Numbered from the stretch's first letter, positions 39,649 through 48,287 are shown. The stretch is 52,760 bases of DNA from Coriobacteriia bacterium (GCA_009784345.1 WRBW01000003.1:1-52760), one strand, 5' to 3'. Program-made: numbers and translations. The notes: a model not told the origin generated them from the sequence alone.

Positions 39649-42600
39649 ATGTCCTTCATCATGAAACGTATTGCTGCAAAAGAAGGCATTGCCCTGGTGC
39701 TCATCGCCACCTTCATAGTGAGCATGCTTGCCTCGGCTGCACTGCCCCAGCGTGCAGATGCCGCCGTTCCTCCCGCGACGCGAGCCTTTGCCACGCAAAG
39801 CGGACATACGGGACCCATCGTGCATAGCTCTGGCACGCTGCCTGCCTACTGCCTTGATCATGGCGCAGCCTCCCCCAATGGCAGGACGCTGACAAGGGGA
39901 GCCAAGCTTTCTCGTGCTACGGGTAGTGTCGAGCAGTCCATTTCGAAGGCCATTGATCTAGGTCCACAAAACCTGAGCAGCAGAACTACCATTAACGGTG
40001 TCAGCTTGAGTAATCTCGAGTGGCGCATGGCGACGCAACTTGCCATCTTTCGTCTGCAGGGTGAGAGCCTTCTCTACAGCAGAAATACCAATCACTGGAG
40101 GGCCTCCACCTGGATTGTGAACCAGGCGACGAGCACCAGTCGCGTTCAGCTCAACCGCTACTGGATCTACCGTCCACCTGCAGGAAGCGGCATTCAAAGG
40201 ATGACCTTTTCCTGGGGCGACCCCCTCACGTCTCGCATTCGCGTACAAAAAACAGATGCGACATCTGGAGCGCTCCTCGCTGGGGCAAGCTTCGGGATAT
40301 GGTCAAACTCCTCCGCTGCTGCTGCGGGAAACACGGGCGCTGCAAGCTTCATAGGACGGGCAAGTTCAGATGCAAGCGGGCAGGCGTGGTGGTATCGCAT
40401 CCCTGTTGGCACAACTTACTATGTCAGAGAGCTTGCTCCACCTGCTGGCTATACCCTCAATACCGCCGTGCTGAGCGTCACCCCGGTGCTGGGAGACGAC
40501 TCTGAAGCGGCACAGGGCAGCCTTCCCCAGTACCTTGCGGGGACTATCGCAAATCAGCGTGCCGCCATTCACAGGATTGAGCTGACTAAAGAGTCGGTGT
40601 CGCCTGGGAGCCAGATCAGTGCTGAAGCCGTGCGGGGTAACCCCGCCTACCAACTGTCAGGAGCACAGTATGGCGTATGGACCGACAGGGCAGCGGCAGA
40701 CAGCAGAAACCTTAATCACCCCTCGATTGTTGGGCGGATGACGACAGACAGTCAGGGCCGAGCCTCGCTGTCAGGGCTGCTGCCAGGTACTTATTTTGTT
40801 CGAGAGTTCATACCGCCGGCTGGTCATGCCCTTGACTTGCAGACGCACAGCGTCACCTTGAGCGCCCTTGCTGGTGGCAGCAGTTTCACCGGCAGGGTCA
40901 GTTCTCAAGATGCGCGTCGCTATGGTGGCAACCTGGTCATTCAGAAAGTTGATGGTGAAACGGGTCTGGCGCAAGCACGTCCCGGTACGAGTCTCGCGGG
41001 GGCAGAATTCGAGATCAGATGGCCTGACCAGCAAGCACCAAGCGGCTGGACAACCCAAACGGTCAGTACCAACGCTGCGGGACGAGCAGTATATCAAGCA
41101 ACAGGGCCGTCAGCGCCCGGGATTCCGATTGGGAACTTTCAAATAAGAGAAACGAAGGCGCCACCGGGCTACCTCATTAGTCCTGAGTATAGCAATTGGA
41201 GAAGCTTCCAGGTGTCAGATTCTCCTGCTGCAGATAGGCCCCCTGAAATAGCCTTGTCTGCCCTGCTTTCCCCCATTGAGGAGCCCATCATAAGGGGAGA
41301 CCTTTCCCTTTTCAAATATGGCAGCGTGAGCGACCAAGGTGTTGAAACGAGTTTCGCCCTTGAACATATCCGCTTTGACCTTATTGACAACATGCCTTTG
41401 GGTGGTGATGGAAGACCCAATCCGCGCTTCGGACAGATTGTTGGAACTCTTTTCACTGACGAAGAAGGCAGAGCAAGCACCCGCGACCTGATACCTGATA
41501 GTGCCAGCTGGGGCAAGACAGATTACCGCAGTGGCTACCTTGAATATGGCGACTACATCTTAAGTGAAGATGCATCAACGACACCGATAGGTCTTCAGGC
41601 TGCAGATGACATGAGCTTCTCTATCACGGAAAACGGAGTTGAGCTGCACTACCTTATCTGCAATAAAGAAATCACGGCTTACTTGAGTATCGTCAAGCGC
41701 GATAGCGAGACCCTCAATACCATTGCCGTGAGCGGAACACGCTTTGACCTACTTAATTCAAACAAGGACGTCATAAGTCGCCTCACTACCGATGAGACCG
41801 GTCACGTACACCTGCCCGAAGTGCTCAAGCATGGCAACTACTATCTTCAGGAAGTACAGGCGCCGGACCGCTACCTCCTGCATACCGAGCCCATAGCCTT
41901 TAGCGTGGACAAAATTAGGGGGCTCGATAATCCCATCGTCATATGCGTCGACAACGACCCCGCAAAAGCAGCTCTTCGCGTTGTCAAAACTGACAGCATA
42001 ACAGCAACAGCCGTACCCGATACGGTCTTTGAAGTCAGAGCTAAAGATGATGTTGTAACCGGCGACGGAACCCTGCGCCTTGCCGCAGGAGAGCTTGCCG
42101 ACATTATCAGTACTGACGCAAGCGGCATTGCCGAAAGCATCCCCCTTTATCTGGGAAGCTACGAGATGCGCGAAGTAAAGACGACGCCTCATTACTTGCT
42201 CAACACGACCGTTTTTGACGTCAAGCTAGAGTACCAGGACCAAAACACAGCTCTTGTCTGGACTGAGGTCCCGGTACAAAATGAGCCCGTGCAGATCAGT
42301 TGCGAGATTGAAAAGCGCACGATATCCATTAGCTCTGCAGCCTATCGCTCTGGCGCAGGAGACGAGGTGCAGATTGATAATAGCGCGCAGGGCAGCAAAG
42401 AGCTCTATCGCTACGACCTCGATTTTTGGTCGACTTCGAACGACTGGGCAGATGAATTCGTTGTTTTTGACGCCTTAGAGGGAGTAGGTGCAGACCAGAT
42501 TCGCTTGCACGAATTGTGGACTCCTATCGTGAAGGGAGACACAAATGGACTTTACAACCTGTGGTATCAGACCAATCTGGCGAGCCAGGAGGTGACGCAG

Positions 42601-43263
42601 AGCTCTGTCAAGGCTGCTTCAAAGGACCTCTTTAACCCTGACAATCCTGAAGCAATCATGCGTTTTGAAAACCACGGCTGGGTACTGTGGTCAGAAGATC
42701 TTGATGCGAGTACGCGCATGCATTTCAAGGTCGATGACCTCAATCTTTCAGAGGGTGAGCACATTACAGGCCTCAAGCTGGAATTTGGACGGGTCGAGAA
42801 AGGCTTTACGAGCCTTGACGATTCCGGGGATTTGGCGCCTTTGAGCTATCTCGTGTACTGTCCGCGTCCCCTACCCAAATATGATGACACGGGTGCTGAA
42901 GTCATCATTTACAACTCGGCAAGCTCCCACATAACCCGCAACATTGTCCTCTTTGATGATGCCGCAGATACCGTCGAGACGAGACTTGTCGAAAGCTTCA
43001 ACTTAGAGCCAGCAATCCAGCCACAGCAAGAACAGCGTTTTGGCGAACGCTTGGTAGAAAACGACGCCTACCCTCGGGGTGACAAAGGCTATGGTAGCCA
43101 ACTCATTGACCCGAATCTGCAACACCGCATCACTGCCCACGGGCCTGCGACCCATGACCTCTTTGATGCTGGATTCTGGTTCGCCTTAGCAGCCGCATCA
43201 GCTTTTGGCGTGCTTGCCTGTCTGCTCGAGATGTATCTACGAAAAAGAGAGGAGGGTCAGTAG
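39649..43263 (+). CDS. Large cell-surface adhesin: signal peptide, putative thioester domain, ~6 SpaA/Cna-B isopeptide domains, C-terminal sorting signal
   Basis: Start probably ATG 39649 (AAAGGA SD). N-domain has AYCLD, TQLAIF and GIQR. Repeats of K-x-D...GA-x-F...Y-x2-RE-x2-P-x-GY. C-terminus is GPATHD + hydrophobic helix + RKR. Confidence 0.85.
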   Translation: MSFIMKRIAAKEGIALVLIATFIVSMLASAALPQRADAAVPPATRAFATQSGHTGPIVHSSGTLPAYCLDHGAASPNGRTLTRGAKLSRATGSVEQSISKAIDLGPQNLSSRTTINGVSLSNLEWRMATQLAIFRLQGESLLYSRNTNHWRASTWIVNQATSTSRVQLNRYWIYRPPAGSGIQRMTFSWGDPLTSRIRVQKTDATSGALLAGASFGIWSNSSAAAAGNTGAASFIGRASSDASGQAWWYRIPVGTTYYVRELAPPAGYTLNTAVLSVTPVLGDDSEAAQGSLPQYLAGTIANQRAAIHRIELTKESVSPGSQISAEAVRGNPAYQLSGAQYGVWTDRAAADSRNLNHPSIVGRMTTDSQGRASLSGLLPGTYFVREFIPPAGHALDLQTHSVTLSALAGGSSFTGRVSSQDARRYGGNLVIQKVDGETGLAQARPGTSLAGAEFEIRWPDQQAPSGWTTQTVSTNAAGRAVYQATGPSAPGIPIGNFQIRETKAPPGYLISPEYSNWRSFQVSDSPAADRPPEIALSALLSPIEEPIIRGDLSLFKYGSVSDQGVETSFALEHIRFDLIDNMPLGGDGRPNPRFGQIVGTLFTDEEGRASTRDLIPDSASWGKTDYRSGYLEYGDYILSEDASTTPIGLQAADDMSFSITENGVELHYLICNKEITAYLSIVKRDSETLNTIAVSGTRFDLLNSNKDVISRLTTDETGHVHLPEVLKHGNYYLQEVQAPDRYLLHTEPIAFSVDKIRGLDNPIVICVDNDPAKAALRVVKTDSITATAVPDTVFEVRAKDDVVTGDGTLRLAAGELADIISTDASGIAESIPLYLGSYEMREVKTTPHYLLNTTVFDVKLEYQDQNTALVWTEVPVQNEPVQISCEIEKRTISISSAAYRSGAGDEVQIDNSAQGSKELYRYDLDFWSTSNDWADEFVVFDALEGVGADQIRLHELWTPIVKGDTNGLYNLWYQTNLASQEVTQSSVKAASKDLFNPDNPEAIMRFENHGWVLWSEDLDASTRMHFKVDDLNLSEGEHITGLKLEFGRVEKGFTSLDDSGDLAPLSYLVYCPRPLPKYDDTGAEVIIYNSASSHITRNIVLFDDAADTVETRLVESFNLEPAIQPQQEQRFGERLVENDAYPRGDKGYGSQLIDPNLQHRITAHGPATHDLFDAGFWFALAAASAFGVLACLLEMYLRKREEGQ

Positions 43264-44186
43264 CCGTAGTTTTGACGCGGGCTCCCATAGTAGAAGCCCG
43301 TACCTTGTGGCCGAAAGGTTTGCGCGCGCAGCTGCTCGACATAATCGCGAGGGTCTGCCCCATCGAGTACCGCACGATAGGCAGAAATCACCGTCGTTAT
43401 ATAGTTGACTCCTTTGGTGCGTCCCTCTATCTTGAGGCTATCGATCCCCGCATTACAGAGGTCATCGATGTGCTCAATCATGTTGAGGTCATAGGGGCTA
43501 AAGATAGTGGTGTATCCGTCATCTTCAATGACGGGAATGCTTTCGTTAGGGCGCTTTTTTTCAACGAGCTCATAGGACCAGCGGCAACTGTGAGCGCACT
43601 GACCTTTGTTTGCGTCTCTGTCAGCAAGATAGTTACTGATGATGCAGCGCCCACTAATAGCCATGCATTGCGCACCATGCACAAAGACCTCGAGCTGCAT
43701 GTCCTCAGGCAGGTTCTTGCGAAGCTCTGTCAGTTCACGTAAGTCAAGTTCACGTGCAGCAACGATACGCCTCGCACCTGCCTCGTACCAAGTCTGAGCA
43801 CTGAGGGAATTGGCAACACTTGCTTGTGTGCTGACATGCAGGTCGATTTCAGGTGCGATCTCGCCTGCTAGCTTTGCAGCCCCCAGATCAGACACTATGA
43901 AGGCATCAACCCCGGTGTCTTTTACGGCACCTAAGTAAGCTCTCAGAGAAGAGAGATCAGATTCATGGATGAGGGCATTGACGGTGAGGTAGATAAGGCG
44001 TTTTCTGGAGTGGACGTACTCCGCCGCGCTTTTCAATTCGTCGACACAAAAATTGGCAGCATTGTAGCGCAGGCCAAAGCTCTTACCGCCACAGTAGACG
44101 GCATCGGCCCCGCAGTCTATGGCGAGCTTAAGCGCCTCGATACTACCTGCAGGCGCCAACAGTTCTGGTCTCTGGTGCGCTCTCAT
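43257..44186 (-). CDS. Peptidase U32 family protein (TrhP/YrrO-like, likely tRNA hydroxylation)
   Basis: [42 protein letters not shown]...GQCAHSCR (FeS cysteines), SLKIEGR. Confidence 0.9.
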   Translation of the reverse strand: MRAHQRPELLAPAGSIEALKLAIDCGADAVYCGGKSFGLRYNAANFCVDELKSAAEYVHSRKRLIYLTVNALIHESDLSSLRAYLGAVKDTGVDAFIVSDLGAAKLAGEIAPEIDLHVSTQASVANSLSAQTWYEAGARRIVAARELDLRELTELRKNLPEDMQLEVFVHGAQCMAISGRCIISNYLADRDANKGQCAHSCRWSYELVEKKRPNESIPVIEDDGYTTIFSPYDLNMIEHIDDLCNAGIDSLKIEGRTKGVNYITTVISAYRAVLDGADPRDYVEQLRAQTFRPQGTGFYYGSPRQNYGY

Positions 44187-44923
44187 CCTACCTTGAGATG
44201 GCCAAGGAAAGTCTTCGTACGCTCATGTTGCGGATTTTCAAAGATAGCCTCTGGGGGTCCTTCTTCGACGATGTATCCACCATCCATAAACACGACTCGA
44301 TCTGCGACATCACGCGCAAAGCCCATTTCATGAGTCACGACAATCATGGTCATGCCGCCTTCTGCCAGATCACGCATGACGTTGAGCACGTCACGAACCA
44401 GCTCGGGGTCAAGTGAAGAGGTCACTTCGTCAAAGAGCATAACCGTCGGCTCCATCGCAAGTGCGCGCGCGATGGCAACACGTTGCTGCTGACCTCCTGA
44501 AAGCTGGCTGGGGAAAAAGTCGGCGCGTTCTGCAAGACCGACGCGTTCGAGCTGCGCGTAGGCAATTTCTGCCGCCTGCTCTTTGTTCATTTTGCGCACC
44601 TTCAGCAGGGCAAGCTCAACATTTCCCTGGGCTGTCTTATGCGGAAAGAGATTAAACTGCTGGAATACCATACCCAGCTGCTCGCGCGCTTTATTGATGT
44701 CAGTTCCCTTGGCGTTGATTTGGATGCCATTAACCCAGACTTCACCCGAGGTCGGGATTTCAAGCAGGTTGATGCAGCGCAGCATGGTTGATTTGCCGCT
44801 TCCCGATGGCCCGAGGACACAGACCACTTCACCCTTTTCAACTTCAAGATTTATGTCATGCAAAACGACGTTGTCGCCGTAAACCTTTTTGAGGTTTTTT
44901 ATTTGTACTATAGCTTCGCTCAT
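44183..44923 (-). CDS. Polar amino-acid ABC transporter ATP-binding protein (GlnQ family)
   Basis: [42 protein letters not shown]. Confidence 0.96.
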   Translation of the reverse strand: MSEAIVQIKNLKKVYGDNVVLHDINLEVEKGEVVCVLGPSGSGKSTMLRCINLLEIPTSGEVWVNGIQINAKGTDINKAREQLGMVFQQFNLFPHKTAQGNVELALLKVRKMNKEQAAEIAYAQLERVGLAERADFFPSQLSGGQQQRVAIARALAMEPTVMLFDEVTSSLDPELVRDVLNVMRDLAEGGMTMIVVTHEMGFARDVADRVVFMDGGYIVEEGPPEAIFENPQHERTKTFLGHLKVG

Positions 44924-44928
44924 GTTCA

Positions 44929-45876
44929 CTACCTTGGATCCTGCAAAATGTTTTCATCGTGGCTCACAATGTGAGTAGATGGAACATTTAGGCGGGGTTG
45001 TCGTTTTCCAGGACGACCAGATGGTGCAGCTCCCGAGTCTTGTTCTGCCAACTTGTTCTCTAATCTGGCAACCAGTCTACCAGCAGGTATCGTAACAATG
45101 AGATAAAAACAGGCAGCAACCGTGAGAGGTGTCATATTAAACACGCGAGCGGACTCGATACGAGCATTGAGCATGACTTCGCCGATGGCAACCATGGCAA
45201 AAAGCGCCGTATCCTTCAAGAGCAAAATGAATTCTGACATACACGTTGGGATGATACGCCTAAAGGTCTGAGGCAGGACAACATAGGTCATGGCCATCGA
45301 GGTCTTCATGCCCAGTGAGCGCGCAGCCTCCATCTGTCCCTTAGGAATGGACTGGATGCCCGCACGAAAGATTTCTGCCAGATAAGCTGCAGAATTCGCA
45401 GAAAGAATCAGGAAGGCGCGAAACCAAGCTGAAAAGCCCAGCCCCAGAAAGCTTACCTGACTAAAGGGGTCCATTGCTGTTTGAAAGGCAGGTATCAGCG
45501 GCAGACCCATGTAGATAATCAAGATTTGCAGCAGCAGAGGCGTTCCTCTGACCACATCAATGTAGAAGGTTGAAATCCAGCGCAGGGGTGCAATCTTGCT
45601 CATCTTCATAAAAGCAAGACCAAGGCCAAAGGGGATGGCGAGGGCAAAGCCTATAAAGCCCAGTGCCAGCGTGATGGGAAAGCCCTGCAAAACCATCGGG
45701 AAGGTATCGATGGCAATACTGGGAGAAAAGAAGACGCGTGTAAAAGAAAAGGTCTCCCACCATTCAAGCATTCTTGCGAAAATATTGGCAGAACCAAAGA
45801 GTCCCATTAATGCCTGCTGTCCACCCAAAGCATGACTCTGTGAAAAAGCGGTCAATAGTGCGCTCAAATCCCTCAT
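44929..45876 (-). CDS. Polar amino-acid ABC transporter permease (HisM/GlnP family)
   Basis: [34 protein letters not shown] (EAA loop), LLKDTAL. Confidence 0.95.
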   Translation of the reverse strand: MRDLSALLTAFSQSHALGGQQALMGLFGSANIFARMLEWWETFSFTRVFFSPSIAIDTFPMVLQGFPITLALGFIGFALAIPFGLGLAFMKMSKIAPLRWISTFYIDVVRGTPLLLQILIIYMGLPLIPAFQTAMDPFSQVSFLGLGFSAWFRAFLILSANSAAYLAEIFRAGIQSIPKGQMEAARSLGMKTSMAMTYVVLPQTFRRIIPTCMSEFILLLKDTALFAMVAIGEVMLNARIESARVFNMTPLTVAACFYLIVTIPAGRLVARLENKLAEQDSGAAPSGRPGKRQPRLNVPSTHIVSHDENILQDPR

Positions 45877-45898
45877 ACCTCCAAAATATGCTTGTCAC

Positions 45899-45939
45899 AA
45901 AAAGAGTGCGCCTACTATATTGTATAGCAGACGCACTCT
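45899..45939 (-). terminator. Stem-loop with T-tract between the binding-protein and permease genes
   Basis: Stems AGAGTGCG/CGCACTCT and CTATA/TATAG followed by TTTTT on the minus strand. Confidence 0.65.
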
Positions 45940-45958
45940 ATACACTTAAAAAAACTTC

Positions 45959-46807
45959 TTAAGGCATCGTTGGAGGATTGTCTGCGTCGATCCAGCGAGC
46001 GTAGATTTCTGCATAGGTACCATCTGCAATAACCGCAGCTAGTGCATCATTGATGGCCTCAGCAAGACCTGTTCTGCTCTTGCCCATCGAGAATCCAAAG
46101 TTTTCCTGTTCTGCTGAAGGAATCGGAATCGTCTTAATGGCAAAGTCGCCTTCTGCAGCCTGGTTCAAGACAACGGGGATGTCCAAAATAACAGCATCTA
46201 CTTCACCTGAAGACATGGCGAGGAAGGTGTCTTGTCCGCCAGCGTAAGGCATGATAGTCACACCTTTGTCTTCGAGGTAGTCAGTAGCAAAAATATGACC
46301 GGTGGTTCCTGTCTGCACGCCAACGCGTGAGCCCTCACCTAAATCAGAGATAGAGGTAATGTTCGAATCTGCTGGTACACCCAGTGCCTGGAATGACACG
46401 AAGTAGGGATTCGAGAACAGAATTGACTGAGCGCGCTCTTCGGTAATGGTCATAGCACTTGCGGCAAAGTCAAAGTCACGACTGTCAGAACTCAGAGCAG
46501 TCAGCAGTGCGTCCCACTCAAAGAAGACGAATTCGACTTCGGCTCCCATTTTTTCAGCAATAGCCTTAACCAAGTCAATGTCAAAGCCAACTACTTCTCC
46601 GCCATCGCGAGACTCAAAGGGAGGATAGGTAGGATCTGTCGCTACTACAAGCGTCTTTCCATCCCCACGTACGGCATCTGCAAGCGTCCAGTCGGCCGTT
46701 GCCTGCACATCATCAACTGCTTCTTCGGTGGCTGAACAGCCAACGACAGCAAAGGCAGCAACTACCATCAGTGCTGCAAGAATCAAACTAAGTAAACCCT
46801 TCTTCAT
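45959..46807 (-). CDS. Polar amino-acid ABC transporter substrate-binding lipoprotein (SBP family 3)
   Basis: Start ATG 46807 (GAGG SD). Lipobox VVGC; TYPPFE, GFDIDL, MTITEER, FSNPY, GVQTGTTG, DGTYAEIYARW. Confidence 0.95.
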   Translation of the reverse strand: MKKGLLSLILAALMVVAAFAVVGCSATEEAVDDVQATADWTLADAVRGDGKTLVVATDPTYPPFESRDGGEVVGFDIDLVKAIAEKMGAEVEFVFFEWDALLTALSSDSRDFDFAASAMTITEERAQSILFSNPYFVSFQALGVPADSNITSISDLGEGSRVGVQTGTTGHIFATDYLEDKGVTIMPYAGGQDTFLAMSSGEVDAVILDIPVVLNQAAEGDFAIKTIPIPSAEQENFGFSMGKSRTGLAEAINDALAAVIADGTYAEIYARWIDADNPPTMP

Positions 46808-47061
46808 TACCTCACACCTTTCCTGTGATCGAACGAATGCTCTCCACGTCATTCATTATTCTAGCTAGTGTATTGTTTCACAACAAAGTTGGCTGTGCAA
46901 TTTTTATCTGTCCTATACAAAAAAAGTGCGCAGACACGTATATATGTATACATTTATGAATGATTTTATCCAAGCGCCCTCCACATAATGCCAACAGCTC
47001 TATGCGTTTTGAGGGCATACATTTCAGATTATGTGCAGATTAGTATGAGGATTCGTGAAGT

Positions 47062-47328
47062 GCTTTCGCGCGGCTGACCTGGTCTTTGACCCCACACTCG
47101 CATACTGGAGCTTTTGCTTGATATGATCTCACGACTAACCCTCTCGCCTGCTCCCTCCTGTTGCCAGGAAATCAACGTAGACGGTACGACTTACCCCTAA
47201 GGTGCGCCATGCTCACGTACACTCCTGTCGAGATATACGCTTACGTGGATTCTTTCGGCCGCACCTGCCTATGAACTAACGGGCATCACCTGTGTGACAC
47301 ACGCGCAACCACAGACCCGCGCGAAAGC
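47062..47328 (-). ncRNA. raiA-motif RNA (large structured ncRNA of unknown biochemical function)
   Basis: Closed by a 12-bp terminal stem GCUUUCGCGCGG/CCGCGCGAAAGC. Blocks in the order I recall for the raiA motif: UGUGGUUG, GAUGCC, AUCCACGUAAG, UGAGCAUGG, CUUAG-GUAAGUC, GGCGAGAG, UAGU-GUGAGA, CCAG-GCGAGUGUGGGGUCAAAGACCAGGUCA. Compensatory pairs AGGUGCG/CGCACCU and CGUAC/GUAUG. Flanked by comF and a solute-binding protein gene. Confidence 0.9.
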
Positions 47329-47334
47329 TTGACT

Positions 47335-47363
47335 ATTATACACTCTCGCCGCAAAATCTTTAA
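47335..47363 (-). promoter_or_regulatory. Promoter of the raiA-motif RNA
   Basis: Perfect TATAAT at 47335-47340, 6 nt before the terminal stem. A weak -35 (TTAAAG) at 17 nt lies inside the 11-bp array. Confidence 0.7.
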
Positions 47364-47413
47364 GCTTTCTTTCACCTTGAGTTAAGGATCCTTTAAGGGT
47401 CAGCTGCCATACT
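47357..47413 (+). promoter_or_regulatory. Four-unit 11-bp direct-repeat array plus extended -10 for comF
   Basis: TCTTTAAGCTT TCTTTCACCTT GAGTTAAGGAT CCTTTAAGGGT, then TGcCATACT; the -10 hexamer starts 10 nt after the last TTTAAG. Confidence 0.65.
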
Positions 47414-47431
47414 GCTTGTGAGGTGATAAAA

Positions 47432-48166
47432 ATGAAGCTCCAGACACAGCTCTTGCAGGCTCCGATTCTCAGCAGTATGAAGGATATACTGGGGGAAATT
47501 GTTGCTCCGACTCGCTGCGCCGGCTGCGAGCGCCAGGGCGCAGTCTTCTGTCCGCACTGCATGGCATCACTGCCCTACCTTTACCTTCAGCACCAGGCTT
47601 GCCCAAAGTGTGCCGGTCCCTATGGTGCGCTGACCTGCACGGAATGTTGGGAAGTAAGTTACAGCTTTAGCCATGCCTTGGCACTGAGCCTGCTTGACGG
47701 CCCACTTGCCCGCGCCATCGTCATCTACAAGGACGGAAATGAGCGGAGGCTGGCTCGCTGCTTTGGAGCTCTGCTGGCGGAGTGCGTCCAAACCACCTGG
47801 TCTGAGTGGCTCGACCCTGATTGTCAAATCAGCTGGATTCCTGCTACGGCTGCTGCTGTTCGAAGGCGTGGCTTTGACCACGGAGAACTGCTTGCTTACG
47901 CCCTATCAAAGCAGCTTAACATTGCGGCACTCCCCCTCTTGTCGCGACCACGCGCACGCGACCAAAGAGGTTTGTCGCGCAAGCAGCGCATGAAGGGGTT
48001 CAAGGAATTTACGGTACAGCCACAAAAAAATAAGCAAGACCTGCACAAGGTCTTGCTTATTGATGATGTCTTTACCACCGGTGCCACCTTAGAAGCAGCA
48101 AGCCTAGCTTTGCTCGAAAATGGTGCTGCAGAAGTTCGGGTCGCTGTATTAGGCCGCGCCTGGTAG
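47432..48166 (+). CDS. comF: ComF/ComFC family protein (double zinc ribbon + PRTase domain)
   Basis: Start probably ATG 47432 (GAGGTG SD). CAGC...CPHC...CPKC...CTEC, RRRGFDH, LLIDDVFTTGATL. Confidence 0.92.
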   Translation: MKLQTQLLQAPILSSMKDILGEIVAPTRCAGCERQGAVFCPHCMASLPYLYLQHQACPKCAGPYGALTCTECWEVSYSFSHALALSLLDGPLARAIVIYKDGNERRLARCFGALLAECVQTTWSEWLDPDCQISWIPATAAAVRRRGFDHGELLAYALSKQLNIAALPLLSRPRARDQRGLSRKQRMKGFKEFTVQPQKNKQDLHKVLLIDDVFTTGATLEAASLALLENGAAEVRVAVLGRAW

Positions 48167-48287
48167 CTCGTACACCAGATGTCCAATCTTTGTGTCGTCG
48201 CGCCATTTATCAAATCTCACGTAACTTAGTACGCTTCGCTTTGAGAAATGACTCGACTCCTTAATCTTGAACATCTGGAGCACGAGC
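48166..48287 (-). repeat. Long imperfect palindrome, copy C (between convergent comF and mtnA)
   Basis: Minus strand GCTCGTGCTCCAGATGTTCAAGATTA...AGCGAAGCGTA-ctaagt-TACGTGAG...AGATTGGACATCTGGTGTACGAGC; shares GTGCTC-N5-GTTCAAGATTA and the core with copy B. Confidence 0.8.

Noticed and set aside
46935-46975. ArgR (ARG-box)-like AT-rich tandem upstream of the SBP gene
   Set aside because: Only half-site matches (ATACA, TGAAT) with the wrong spacing; too weak to call.
47062-47328. 6S RNA, T-box or amino-acid riboswitch upstream of the ABC operon
   Set aside because: No T-box (UGGNACC) antiterminator, no recognisable riboswitch aptamer and no 6S-type rod; the conserved blocks fit the raiA motif instead.
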